Shown: positions 1 to 8,371 of the stretch, one piece after another
How the letters are laid out: every line of letters begins with the position of its first letter
Position numbering within the stretch: position 1 is the stretch's first letter
NCBI GenBank assembly: GCA_022824945.1
Contig: JAJDYX010000056.1
Location: 165,241-189,240, forward strand
Direction of reading: 5' to 3'
Length of the DNA stretch: 24,000 nucleotides
Origin: Candidatus Latescibacterota bacterium
Lineage (GTDB): Bacteria; Latescibacterota; UBA2968
Position numbers and translations under genes: made by a program
The notes under the pieces: generated by a model
What the model was told of the DNA's origin: nothing
Seen by the model: the letters and a program-made list of their open reading frames with translations, nothing else
Databases searched by the model: none

Positions 1-369
1 ACAGCGGGCATCATCCGCATTATGCGCGGCAACCTGCTCGACATACTCGGTCAACAGCACATTCAAACCGGGCGCGCCAAGGGCCTCAAAGAAGGCAAAG
101 TCATCGTCAAATACGGCGTGCGCATCGCCATCAACCCTCTCGTCAGCCGCCTGGGCCTCGAACTGCCCAGCCTGCTCTCTGGCGCCGTTGTCACTGGCAT
201 CGTACTCGGCCTGCCAACAGCCGGCCCCATTTTTCTCACCGCACTCACATCTCAAGACATGTATCTGGCAGGTGCATTCCTGCTCCTATCCGCCACCTTC
301 TTGCTCATCGGCAACTTATTAGCCGATATTCTCCTGGCATGGCTCGATCCGAGGATTCGCTATGAGTAG
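1..369 (+). CDS. ABC transporter permease, peptide/nickel (OppB/DppB-type), C-terminal part; 5' end lies outside the window
   Basis: The frame is open from nt 1, with no stop before the listed Met at 22. It has hydrophobic C-terminal segments and the tail LLADILLAWLDPRIRYE, typical of OppB/DppB-type inner-membrane components. Its stop overlaps the next permease start (ATGAGTAG, 362-369). Confidence 0.85.
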   Translation, partial: TAGIIRIMRGNLLDILGQQHIQTGRAKGLKEGKVIVKYGVRIAINPLVSRLGLELPSLLSGAVVTGIVLGLPTAGPIFLTALTSQDMYLAGAFLLLSATFLLIGNLLADILLAWLDPRIRYE

Positions 370-1504
370 TTTCGTCGAAACACCTCTCGACGAGCGCGTG
401 GAAACCCTCGTTGAAGAAAATACAACCACCGCCACCTATTCACAGCGCCAGCTCATCTGGCGGCGTTTCAAAAAACACCGCGCCGGCGTCATTGGTGGAT
501 GCGTGGTCATCTTTCTCTACATCTGCGTCTTTCTGGGCGAATTCCTATGCCCACACGACCCGGCACATCGCTATTACAACTACGTACACCTGCCCGCCCA
601 GCGCATCCACATATTCTCTCAAGACGGCATCCACTGGCCCTTTGTCTATGGCATCAAAAAATCTTTTGACCTGCAAACCGGTATTAAAACCTATACTGAA
701 GACGCCTCTGTGCGCTACCCCGTGTACCCCTTTGTGCGAGGTGCTGAATACACATTCTACGGCCTCTTTACCACCGACATCCACATGTTTGGCACCGGCA
801 AAGGCAATCCCATGTTCCTCCTCGGCACCGACCGCTTTGGGCGCGACATGCTCTCGCGCATCATCGCAGGAGGCCGCATCTCCCTCACCATTGGCCTGCT
901 CGCCGTATTCATCAGCCTCACCCTCGGCTCTACACTCGGTGTGATCTCTGGCTATTACGGTGGCAATACCGACAATATCATCCAGCGCATCATCGAACTC
1001 ATCTTTGCGTTTCCATCCATCCCTATTCTCATGGCCCTCAGCGCAATATTGCCTCCCGAATGGCCCTCGCATCTGGTCTTTATGGGCATTGTCACTGTAC
1101 TCGCGCTCGTCGGATGGGGCGGACTCGCCCGTGAAATACGCGGCAAAACCCTGTCCATCCGCGAAGCCGACTTTGTACTGGCCGCCCGCGTGGCTGGCGC
1201 CAAAGATCACCGCATCATCTTTCGACACCTGCTCCCGTCCATGTTCAGCCACATCATCGTCATTGCTACCCTCGCTATTCCCGGATTTATCCTCGGCGAA
1301 AGCACATTGAGTTTTCTGGGCCTGGGCATCAAACCGCCCATGACCTCCTGGGGACTGCTCTTATCCGACGCCATGAACATTCATTCGCTCAGTCTTTATC
1401 CCTGGCTCCTCATCCCGGGCGTCTGTATCATCATCGCCGTCCTCGCCTTCAACTTCCTCGGCGATGGCCTGCGCGATGCAGCAGATCCTTATTCAAGCAG
1501 ATAA
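362..1504 (+). CDS. ABC transporter permease, peptide/nickel (OppC/DppC-type)
   Basis: 380 aa with an N-terminal TM segment and multiple further TM segments. It carries a conserved cytoplasmic loop (LAARVAGAKDHRIIFRHLLPS) and a C-terminal FNFLGDGLRDAADP motif typical of OppC/DppC. It overlaps the upstream permease by 8 nt. Confidence 0.9.
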   Translation: MSSFVETPLDERVETLVEENTTTATYSQRQLIWRRFKKHRAGVIGGCVVIFLYICVFLGEFLCPHDPAHRYYNYVHLPAQRIHIFSQDGIHWPFVYGIKKSFDLQTGIKTYTEDASVRYPVYPFVRGAEYTFYGLFTTDIHMFGTGKGNPMFLLGTDRFGRDMLSRIIAGGRISLTIGLLAVFISLTLGSTLGVISGYYGGNTDNIIQRIIELIFAFPSIPILMALSAILPPEWPSHLVFMGIVTVLALVGWGGLAREIRGKTLSIREADFVLAARVAGAKDHRIIFRHLLPSMFSHIIVIATLAIPGFILGESTLSFLGLGIKPPMTSWGLLLSDAMNIHSLSLYPWLLIPGVCIIIAVLAFNFLGDGLRDAADPYSSR

Positions 1505-1507
1505 AAT

Positions 1508-2494
1508 ATGACCCAACCGCTCTTAGACATACGCGACCTCAAAACCTATTTCCACACCGACGATGGCGTCGTGCGCGCGGTCGATGGCGTATCCCTATCC
1601 ATCGCCCCCCAAAAAACACTCGGCGTGGTCGGCGAATCGGGCTGCGGAAAAAGTATCACCGCCTTTTCAACCATGCGCCTCATCCCGAGTCCACCCGGCA
1701 AAATCGAACACGGGCAGATCCTCTTTCACAAAGATCCCGAGAGCGATCCCATTGACCTGACACAACTCAACCCCAAAGGCACGCAGATGCGCGACATTCG
1801 CGGGAATGACATCGCCATGATTTTTCAGGAGCCTATGACCTCTCTCAGCCCTGTACACACCGTGGGCAATCAAATTGCCGAAGCGATCATGCTGCATCAA
1901 AACGCAGACAAAAAAGAAGCCCGTGAACGCGCCATCGATGCCCTCAACAAAGTGCGCCTACCGCGTCCTGACCGCCAGGTCGATGCGTATCCCCATGAAC
2001 TCTCAGGCGGCATGCGCCAGCGCGCCATGATCGCAATGGCCCTCTCGTGCAATCCCAGCTTACTCATCGCCGACGAACCCACGACAGCCCTCGATGTCAC
2101 GGTACAGGCTCAAATCCTGGACCTGATGCGCCATCTCCAATCCGACATTGGCATGGCGATCATGCTCATCACCCACGACCTCGGCGTCGTCGCCAGCATG
2201 GCCGATTATGTCGCAGTAATGTACCTGGGCAAAATCGTCGAATACGCCGACACGCGTACCGTCTTCAAAAATTCGCGCCATCCCTACACTATGGGCCTGC
2301 TAAACTCCATCCCACAAGTGGGCCAAAAACGCCGCCTGGTACCCATTGAAGGCACAATCCCCGATCCTTTTGAAATCCCACAGGGCTGCGCCTTTGCCCC
2401 GCGGTGCCCACATGCGATGGATAAGTGCCGCGAAGAACCACAACTCCTCGAAATCGAATCGGGTCATCGCGTCAGTTGCTGGCTGGAAAACTGA
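1508..2494 (+). CDS. ABC transporter ATP-binding protein (OppD/DppD-type)
   Basis: Walker [12 protein letters not shown] signature LSGGMRQR and Walker [13 protein letters not shown] are present. The C-terminal oligopeptide-ABC extension carries Cys motifs ([15 protein letters not shown]). ATG lies 4 nt after the permease stop. Confidence 0.93.
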   Translation: MTQPLLDIRDLKTYFHTDDGVVRAVDGVSLSIAPQKTLGVVGESGCGKSITAFSTMRLIPSPPGKIEHGQILFHKDPESDPIDLTQLNPKGTQMRDIRGNDIAMIFQEPMTSLSPVHTVGNQIAEAIMLHQNADKKEARERAIDALNKVRLPRPDRQVDAYPHELSGGMRQRAMIAMALSCNPSLLIADEPTTALDVTVQAQILDLMRHLQSDIGMAIMLITHDLGVVASMADYVAVMYLGKIVEYADTRTVFKNSRHPYTMGLLNSIPQVGQKRRLVPIEGTIPDPFEIPQGCAFAPRCPHAMDKCREEPQLLEIESGHRVSCWLEN

Positions 2495-2505
2495 TCGTTT
2501 CGCAA

Positions 2506-3522
2506 ATGGAATCGAACATGTCAGAGAAAAACAATCGCCCCCTTCTCGAAGTCACCGGACTCAAAACCCACTTTCCCATCAAAAAAGGCTTATGGCGAAA
2601 AGTCGTCGGTCATGTCAAAGCAGTGGATGGCTTAGACCTCACCCTGCACCAGGGCGAAACCCTCGGCCTGGTCGGCGAATCGGGTTGCGGTAAAACCACA
2701 ACAGGGCGATCAATCATTCGCCTGATAGAACCCACCGACGGCGAAATCATCTTCCATCACAACGGCCAACAACTCGACCTGCGCAGCCTGGGCAAAGAAC
2801 ACATGCGCCACCTGCGGCGAGAACTGCAATACATATTCCAGGATCCCTTCTCCTCGCTCAACCCGCGCATGACCGTCTTCGACATTGTTGCCGAACCTCT
2901 CATCATCAACCAGATCGCATCGGGGACTGAACTCGAAAACCGCGTCGAGCAACTGCTCATCCGCGTGGGCTTGCGTCCCGATCACCTGCGGCGATATCCC
3001 CATGCCTTTTCCGGGGGACAACGCCAACGCATCGGCATTGCCCGCGCCCTCGCGCTCAACCCCAAACTCGTCATTGCCGACGAACCCGTCTCCGCCCTCG
3101 ACGTATCCGTACAGGCTCAGGTCATCAACCTCCTCGAAGACCTCCAGGAAACCTTCGATCTCACCTACCTGTTCATCGCCCACGACCTCAGCGTCGTCGA
3201 ACACATCTCCGATCGCGTTGCCGTAATGTATCTCGGTCAAATCATCGAAATCACCACATCCGAACGCCTCTATCAAAATCCCCTTCACCCCTACACCGCG
3301 GCCCTCCTATCCGCCGTACCCATCGCCGATCCCGACGATCAGCGCCAGCGCATCCCCATAGAGGGCGATGTCCCAGACCCCGCCGACGCCCCACCCGGAT
3401 GCAAATTTCACATGCGCTGCCCTTATGCACAGGACAAATGCAAAACAGAAGAACCCCGGCTCGTAGAAATCGAACCGGGGCATCGGGCGAGTTGTCACTT
3501 CGCAGGTGAACTCACATTTTAA
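2506..3522 (+). CDS. ABC transporter ATP-binding protein (OppF/DppF-type)
   Basis: Walker [10 protein letters not shown], signature FSGGQRQR, Walker [13 protein letters not shown] and C-terminal [15 protein letters not shown] are present. The listed ORF start at 2425 would overlap the previous gene by 70 nt. In-frame ATGs at 2506 or 2518, just after the upstream stop (2492-2494), are more plausible starts. Confidence 0.9.
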   Translation: MESNMSEKNNRPLLEVTGLKTHFPIKKGLWRKVVGHVKAVDGLDLTLHQGETLGLVGESGCGKTTTGRSIIRLIEPTDGEIIFHHNGQQLDLRSLGKEHMRHLRRELQYIFQDPFSSLNPRMTVFDIVAEPLIINQIASGTELENRVEQLLIRVGLRPDHLRRYPHAFSGGQRQRIGIARALALNPKLVIADEPVSALDVSVQAQVINLLEDLQETFDLTYLFIAHDLSVVEHISDRVAVMYLGQIIEITTSERLYQNPLHPYTAALLSAVPIADPDDQRQRIPIEGDVPDPADAPPGCKFHMRCPYAQDKCKTEEPRLVEIEPGHRASCHFAGELTF

Positions 3523-3531
3523 GAGGGAAAA

Positions 3532-4329
3532 ATGTCCCTAACACAAAAACAACTCGACCGCTTCCGAACCTCGGGTTACGCCATTGTCCCCGACATGTTC
3601 ACCCATCGGGAAATACGCGCCATGCGCGCTGAACTCGACCGCTTCAAACGCGAGGGCCTCCTCCGCAATGTCGCCACCGACGGGGATGGACAAACCCATT
3701 CACAAACGCAAATCAACCTGCAAATCTGTCCCATCACGCCCAAAAGCGCGTTTTACCGCGCCCTGCACTTCCACCCCAAAGTCCTCGCGCTTGTCGAGCA
3801 ACTCATCGGTTCACCCTTTGTATTTTACCTCGACCAGATCTTTCTCAAACCCGGCAAACAGGGCATTGGCACAGACTGGCACCAGGACAACGCGTACTTC
3901 AAAATCAGCGACCCCGCCAAAGGCATTGGCATGTGGGTCGCCCTTCACGATGCCAACATCGCCAACGGCACATTGCACATCGTACCCGACAGCCACCGCG
4001 AAAATTACGCCCACGACCGGGACCCCAACAGCGACCATCACATACACTGCACAGTACCCGAAGAAAGAGCCATCCCCATCGAGTTGCCAGCCGGGGGTGT
4101 AGTCTTCTTCAACTTTGGCATTGCACATCGCACACTTGCAAACACCACAAAAAGAGAACGCGCGGGCCTTGCCCTGCACTTTTTAAACACCGACTATATT
4201 CCCAAAAACCTCAAAGCGACCCGACGCTATACCCACCTCACAGGTCCCCTTGCCACAGGCGGAAAAAAAGAATACGGCCTTTGCGTTGCCAACACCTGGC
4301 TCAATGAAGTGGATCGTCTGCTCGCATAA
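3532..4329 (+). CDS. Phytanoyl-CoA dioxygenase (PhyH) family Fe(II)/2-oxoglutarate-dependent oxygenase
   Basis: 265 aa with WHQDNAYF (the H-x-D of the facial triad), a distal His region (GTLHIVPDSH) and a C-terminal FGIAHRT, which fits the PhyH fold. An AGAGGGA RBS lies 5 nt upstream of ATG, and the gene starts 10 nt after the ABC ATPase stop. Confidence 0.8.
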   Translation: MSLTQKQLDRFRTSGYAIVPDMFTHREIRAMRAELDRFKREGLLRNVATDGDGQTHSQTQINLQICPITPKSAFYRALHFHPKVLALVEQLIGSPFVFYLDQIFLKPGKQGIGTDWHQDNAYFKISDPAKGIGMWVALHDANIANGTLHIVPDSHRENYAHDRDPNSDHHIHCTVPEERAIPIELPAGGVVFFNFGIAHRTLANTTKRERAGLALHFLNTDYIPKNLKATRRYTHLTGPLATGGKKEYGLCVANTWLNEVDRLLA

Positions 4330-4334
4330 AAAAC

Positions 4335-4356
4335 GGGGCGAGGCATGCCTCGCCCC
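4335..4356. terminator. Perfect 9-bp GC-rich hairpin between convergent genes (candidate bidirectional terminator)
   Basis: GGGGCGAGG (4335-4343), loop CATG, CCTCGCCCC (4348-4356). An A-run precedes it on the + strand (a U-run for the minus-strand transcript). It sits exactly between the stop of 3532..4329 (+) and the stop of 4356..4643 (-). Confidence 0.6.
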
Positions 4357-4643
4357 TACTCCTTCGCCTTTGCCCTAATAACCCGCTGCACCTTTTGAAC
4401 CTCGCGCCAGAGTACCCGGACCCTACCCTGTCTCTCCGTCGTCACCACAATCTCTTCTTCATCCGCCCGCAACAAAATCCCCTGAAATGTCGTGCCATCT
4501 CTGGCCTCTATCAACACAGAATCCCCCACCGAGACTTGCTCTGGGGAATGCACCACCTCGTAATAAATATAAGAAGAGGGCGATGTGGTCTCGCATCCAC
4601 AAATCCACAGACTCAAAATTGCAACGATTAGCAACCTGTTCAT
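4356..4643 (-). CDS. Small putative lipoprotein, unknown function
   Basis: Starting at the internal ATG at 4643 gives MNRLLIVAILSLWICGCETTS, a signal peptide with a lipobox-like I-C-G-C. A GGTGAGG RBS lies about 8 nt upstream. The longer listed start (4682) would overlap the upstream gene by 31 nt. The mature part is a short beta-rich domain that I cannot assign to a family. Confidence 0.5.
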   Translation of the reverse strand: MNRLLIVAILSLWICGCETTSPSSYIYYEVVHSPEQVSVGDSVLIEARDGTTFQGILLRADEEEIVVTTERQGRVRVLWREVQKVQRVIRAKAKE

Positions 4644-4651
4644 AACATGCC

Positions 4652-5530
4652 TCACCGCGGTTCTGCTGAAAAAACCCGCCACTGATCCACAGGTCGAAAT
4701 TTCTGCTTGAACTGACGCAAACCCGATAAACCCAGATCCCCGGCGTCATTTACGCGGCGATAATCAGACAACGCGCCATAAACCCGCCACCGCAAAAAAT
4801 ACGATAAATCGGGCAAATCGGGATTGGTCTTCGCAACAAAAAAATGCGCCCAATTGGAGTGCATATCTCCTGCCAGAGCAAAAGCCTCAATCCGTCCCGC
4901 AACCTCCACACACCATCCCCACAACACATCTTCTGACCAAAAATGAAACTGATCGAGCGCTGCCCGCGTATATCCCCAGTCCAACAAAAAGGGATGCCGA
5001 CGCCCCTGGCGACGACGCCAATGCTTCAACAGCGCAAAACAATCCGGCACATCCCACACAGTCAAAGCGCGAAAACGGAATGCGTGGGCGCGCTCAAACC
5101 GCCGCACCCGCTTGCGTACATCCCTAAAACATCTTCCTTTCGCCGCAGCAATTTGCGATGGATCGTAAATATATTCTACGTCTTTATCGCGCAGCGCAAA
5201 CTGTTCGGTATCTAAACATTTGGCATCACAGGCATCTAACCACAAAATCCTCGGCAGACGGCCACCCTGATGAGATGCGAGTTTATCGACAACCCTCTTC
5301 AGCGTATCAGCATCACAGGGAACAGGTGGCACCAGCAAGTCAACACCTTCTGGACGCTGTACAAACAGACACGTACTCCCCGCAATTTCATCCACACACA
5401 CAATCCGATTGGGCGCGAGACTAAACGCACAGAGAAAAGGCGGAAAATAACACCAGGCCCGTTTGTTTGCTCGCAAAAACACATCGCGCAAATACTCGCC
5501 GTGTGTGGGATCAATGGGATGCCCGATCAC
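4652..5530 (-). CDS. Stand-alone DUF2156 protein (phosphatidylglycerol lysyltransferase/MprF C-terminal-like, GNAT-type fold)
   Basis: The pattern matches my recollection of the LPG_synthase_C/DUF2156 family: DKDVEYIYDPSQIAAAKGRCFRDVRKRVRRFERAH, FFVAKTNPD, and the C-terminal VNDAGDLGLSGLRQFKQKFRPV. The GTG start lies 1 nt after the upstream stop (TAA-g-GTG), which suggests translational coupling. Confidence 0.7.
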   Translation of the reverse strand: MIGHPIDPTHGEYLRDVFLRANKRAWCYFPPFLCAFSLAPNRIVCVDEIAGSTCLFVQRPEGVDLLVPPVPCDADTLKRVVDKLASHQGGRLPRILWLDACDAKCLDTEQFALRDKDVEYIYDPSQIAAAKGRCFRDVRKRVRRFERAHAFRFRALTVWDVPDCFALLKHWRRRQGRRHPFLLDWGYTRAALDQFHFWSEDVLWGWCVEVAGRIEAFALAGDMHSNWAHFFVAKTNPDLPDLSYFLRWRVYGALSDYRRVNDAGDLGLSGLRQFKQKFRPVDQWRVFSAEPR

Positions 5531-5531
5531 C

Positions 5532-6524
5532 TTATCGCCGCCTTTTGCGTTCAGCAGTGTACAGTGCTCCGTGATATTTGCCAGTCACAAGAGGCTGTGG
5601 CTTCCCCGTAGAAACAAGGCGAATCATCTGACTGACCCCACCCAATACCTGGGCACCGACATATTCATTAAACTCTGGTATTATTTCCACAGGCGCAAAG
5701 CCCATCTCGATCAACAAGCCAATCGCCCGCGCTGTCTCATCTGGTGAACGACGGCCAAAACTGACAAACCCCTGCTTGCCCACCTCGGGCACCAGCGCAG
5801 AAGCTCCCCGCGCAACAAAAAGCGACAAACCGGGTAACGTATAGGGTGGATCGGTAAAAAACACATCCATTTGTCCGCACAGGTCAGCCGGAATATCTTC
5901 GCGCAAATCGCGTGCGATCACAGTGATAGGAAATCCTTCGCGTTCACTGACGACACTTAAAAAGTCAACGAGTCGCCCATCGCACTCTATCACCACCACC
6001 TGCCCGAGCACGATCTCCAAATGCTGTGCCAACAATCCCACCGCCACCGACGTCAAATCGTCGTCCCCCAAGACGAGTAAATTTCGCCCTTCGAGTGCAT
6101 CGTGTTCGTACAAATACACCGCGCGCCTTAAAACAGTCTCGGGCGTTGCATGGGACTGATCCAGTCTGACATCGACCTCTGGTCGCCTCGCAGCAATATC
6201 TGCAAGGCGTTTGCACACATCTTTCAAAACCACAGGAATGGGGGGCACGCCTGGACGCGCAAAGCGTTTGCGACACGAAAGCCCCAACTCCGATTGCACA
6301 ACACTCAGGCCCTTACCCGTGAGCGAAACCCCACCTTTTCGCGTCAAAATACCTCTCTTTTCCAACTCGCCCCGCACAGCGGCAACCACGGGAACGGGCA
6401 AGCCCACCTCCTGGGCGACATTGCGAATGGGAATCTGCTCAGACATAAAAACCGTTCGCAGAATACGACGCACGCCCTCGGCACCTTCGGCCAGTCGCGC
6501 CCGGGTTGCCACCTCGCGCAGCAA
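5532..6524 (-). CDS. BpsA/DUF43-family protein (branched-chain polyamine synthase-like aminopropyltransferase fold) with N-terminal winged-helix domain
   Basis: Motifs LLVLGDDDLTSVAVG and DVFFTDPPYT are characteristic of the DUF43 / N4-bis(aminopropyl)spermidine synthase C-terminal domain. The N-terminus (RRILRTVF...IRNVAQEVGLPVPVVAAVRGELEKRGILTRKGG..LTGKG) looks like a wHTH. The listed start is TTG with no obvious RBS, so the start is uncertain (GTG at 6512 is also possible). Confidence 0.65.
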   Translation of the reverse strand: MLREVATRARLAEGAEGVRRILRTVFMSEQIPIRNVAQEVGLPVPVVAAVRGELEKRGILTRKGGVSLTGKGLSVVQSELGLSCRKRFARPGVPPIPVVLKDVCKRLADIAARRPEVDVRLDQSHATPETVLRRAVYLYEHDALEGRNLLVLGDDDLTSVAVGLLAQHLEIVLGQVVVIECDGRLVDFLSVVSEREGFPITVIARDLREDIPADLCGQMDVFFTDPPYTLPGLSLFVARGASALVPEVGKQGFVSFGRRSPDETARAIGLLIEMGFAPVEIIPEFNEYVGAQVLGGVSQMIRLVSTGKPQPLVTGKYHGALYTAERKRRR

Positions 6525-6543
6525 TTCAGCGGAAAAATTTGAC

Positions 6544-7632
6544 CTATGCCGTCTCGGAATCCGTGTTATCGTCAGCCTCCTCGCTCACAACCTCGAGATC
6601 ATCGTCCCGAGCAAGCAAATTTTCATCGTCCTTGCGGTGTCTTAAAACCACATACATCAAACTCAGCCCCGACGCATAAGCCGCCTGGACATAAGCAACC
6701 ACAATCCCCGTAATCACAATGAGCATCACCCCGAGAATACCACCACCCCAGACCTCTGCTCCCGACGGTGTCCCCGGTGCGGGCAAACTCGCAAACAAAT
6801 CATCCCATTTCTCCGGGACAAACAAGAGATAGTGCGATGCCACATAAAAAAGATTGGCCAGTTTAACATCCATAAACCAACCACACGCCCAAGCAATCAA
6901 ACCAATCGCAGCCATGGTCAAAGCGCCCATCACCATCAAACCAACCCAAACCGCAAAAATCATCCACACCGCATACAAAACCAATCGCCAGGGCTGTGAC
7001 CACGTCAGTGAAAACGACTGTATCACAACATCTAAAATATCATACCCTTCGGTGCCCACAATAGCTGGCGACATAATCACAGCAACAACAAATACCAAAC
7101 TGACAAACACAGCCAACAATGCGGCAAAAAAAATCGGGATAAAACACAGCGCGAAAACGACTTCACCCACCACTGGGATCCAGCTAACAACCCACCCAAT
7201 CGCAATACCGCCAATCACAAACAGAGCAAACAGAGCAAGCACCGCAACAGGACCAAACAGCACGGCTTTCCAGCGCAATCTCGCAAATCGCCAGGCATCG
7301 CCAACCAAATAAAACTCATCGCCCCGCAGTTGCTGAAAAGTGATCTTGCACATCATACTGGTCGTTACAAACGCCACCGCAAGGGCAAATACCATACCCA
7401 AAATGTGCAACCCCGTACCAAACAGATCAAATTCACCGAGCGTTGCACCGGGGAATAAACCATAGCGCTGCCACAGACCCGCACTGCCCGCGCGGATATG
7501 CGCGATAAGCAACAAAACCGAATACCCCGCCCAGGCCGCGATTAGTCCCAAAAGCCCAACCCAAATTTTTTTCCCAGACCAACCCAATCGCACACAGCGA
7601 AAAATATCTCGAATATCAAAATGAAGATTCAT
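6544..7632 (-). CDS. Polytopic integral membrane protein with acidic C-terminal tail, unknown function
   Basis: 362 aa with about 8 long hydrophobic segments and the tail DDENLLARDDDLEVVSEEADDNTDSETA. The ATG start has GGAG about 10 nt upstream. I recognise no family. Confidence 0.6.
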   Translation of the reverse strand: MNLHFDIRDIFRCVRLGWSGKKIWVGLLGLIAAWAGYSVLLLIAHIRAGSAGLWQRYGLFPGATLGEFDLFGTGLHILGMVFALAVAFVTTSMMCKITFQQLRGDEFYLVGDAWRFARLRWKAVLFGPVAVLALFALFVIGGIAIGWVVSWIPVVGEVVFALCFIPIFFAALLAVFVSLVFVVAVIMSPAIVGTEGYDILDVVIQSFSLTWSQPWRLVLYAVWMIFAVWVGLMVMGALTMAAIGLIAWACGWFMDVKLANLFYVASHYLLFVPEKWDDLFASLPAPGTPSGAEVWGGGILGVMLIVITGIVVAYVQAAYASGLSLMYVVLRHRKDDENLLARDDDLEVVSEEADDNTDSETA

Positions 7633-7645
7633 AAAAAATAGCTCC

Positions 7646-7709
7646 AGCGGTCAGTTGCCAGTTGTCAGTCCATGCCCTATTTTTTATCTGCGTTATCTGC
7701 GGATCTCAC
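7646..7709. repeat. Dispersed intergenic element, copy 1 (64 nt)
   Basis: Shares three blocks with 12274-12357: AGCGGTCAGTTG (12/12), GCCCTATTTTTTATCTGCGTT (21/21) and ATCTGCGGATC-n-CAC. It contains two perfect tandem TTATCTGCG units (7684-7701) and heptamer-like CAGTTGC/CAGTTGT/CAGTCCA. It fills the whole spacer between the stop of 7706..8275 and the start of 6544..7632. Confidence 0.85.
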
Positions 7710-8275
7710 TGCTCAGCCGGTGCTTCTTCTCGCTCATTCAAATTGAGCACCTCCCGCACCGCAGTCAAAAAATCGCCCAATTCCATGTGCGATTTTTGCG
7801 CTTGCGCGGGTTTGCTACGCACACCCGGAGGCAGGGGCACATGCCTGAGCATGACCTGACGATTTCCCCCTTCGCCCACCTGTACGGCATAACAACCCTG
7901 TCCTAACCCCACCGGCCACGGCGATCCAAAACCATCCCGCTTCGAAAGAAACAGCACTGTTTCTTGCCCTGCCACAAACTGCGGCATACCTGGCACCTGC
8001 ATGCGTCGCCCTTCCCACTTACCACCGGGCAAAGTCAGCACCATTTCTGAATCAGCCTGCCCTTTAACCACCTCCATGACTCTAAACCGCGTTTGGGTAA
8101 AAATACCTTCTCGATCGGCAAAAACCGCATTCTCGCGCGTGAGACATTTGACATATACAATAGTCTGTGCGGTTTCGCACATCTCTTCAAAGACAAACGT
8201 CTTCACAGTTGTCGCCCAGGCGGGTGTCCACCCCATAGCCATCAACATCAAACCTGCAAACAATCCTCTATTCAT
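7706..8275 (-). CDS. Secreted protein, unknown function
   Basis: 189 aa with a signal peptide MNRGLFAGLMLMAMGWTPAWA/TT. A strong AGGAGG RBS lies 7 nt upstream of ATG. I recognise no family. Confidence 0.6.
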   Translation of the reverse strand: MNRGLFAGLMLMAMGWTPAWATTVKTFVFEEMCETAQTIVYVKCLTRENAVFADREGIFTQTRFRVMEVVKGQADSEMVLTLPGGKWEGRRMQVPGMPQFVAGQETVLFLSKRDGFGSPWPVGLGQGCYAVQVGEGGNRQVMLRHVPLPPGVRSKPAQAQKSHMELGDFLTAVREVLNLNEREEAPAEQ

Positions 8276-8371
8276 TTCCTACCTCCTGAAAAAACAGCCG
8301 CCAGTAAACATTTCAAATATCATCTTCTTATACATCTCAACGAATAAACAGTTGCAGGATGATTGGCAGAA

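Noticed and set aside
2425-2505. An N-terminal 27-32 codon extension of the second ABC ATPase ORF, overlapping the first ATPase gene by 70 nt.
   Set aside because: The extension ([27 protein letters not shown]) is just the alternative frame of the oppD-like 3' end. In-frame ATGs at 2506 and 2518 follow the upstream stop and give a normal ATPase N-terminus.
545-3288. Long antisense or alternative-frame ORFs inside the ABC transporter genes (for example 545..1252 -, 411..944 +, 2710..3288 -, 2885..3226 +).
   Set aside because: They lie fully inside well-supported genes and have low-complexity Ala/Arg/Ser/Pro-rich translations with no motifs. These are typical shadow ORFs of GC-biased coding sequence. 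The same applies to 12560..12889 -, 13359..13829 -, 20788..21271 - and 21452..21859 +.
4644-4682. The longer start (4682) for the small lipoprotein ORF, and the TTG start (11028) for murA.
   Set aside because: Both extensions overlap or abut upstream genes, lack an RBS and add non-homologous residues. The internal ATGs (4643 and 11010) have an RBS and give canonical N-termini.
7655-7906. ORFs 7655..7906 +, 7662..7859 + and 12283..12507 +, which share the peptide FICVICGSH and might suggest a small conserved protein.
   Set aside because: The shared peptide is the translation of the repeated DNA element (TTATCTGCG units). The ORFs otherwise run antisense into real genes or through promoter DNA and have no RBS. 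I treated the region as a DNA repeat, not as coding.
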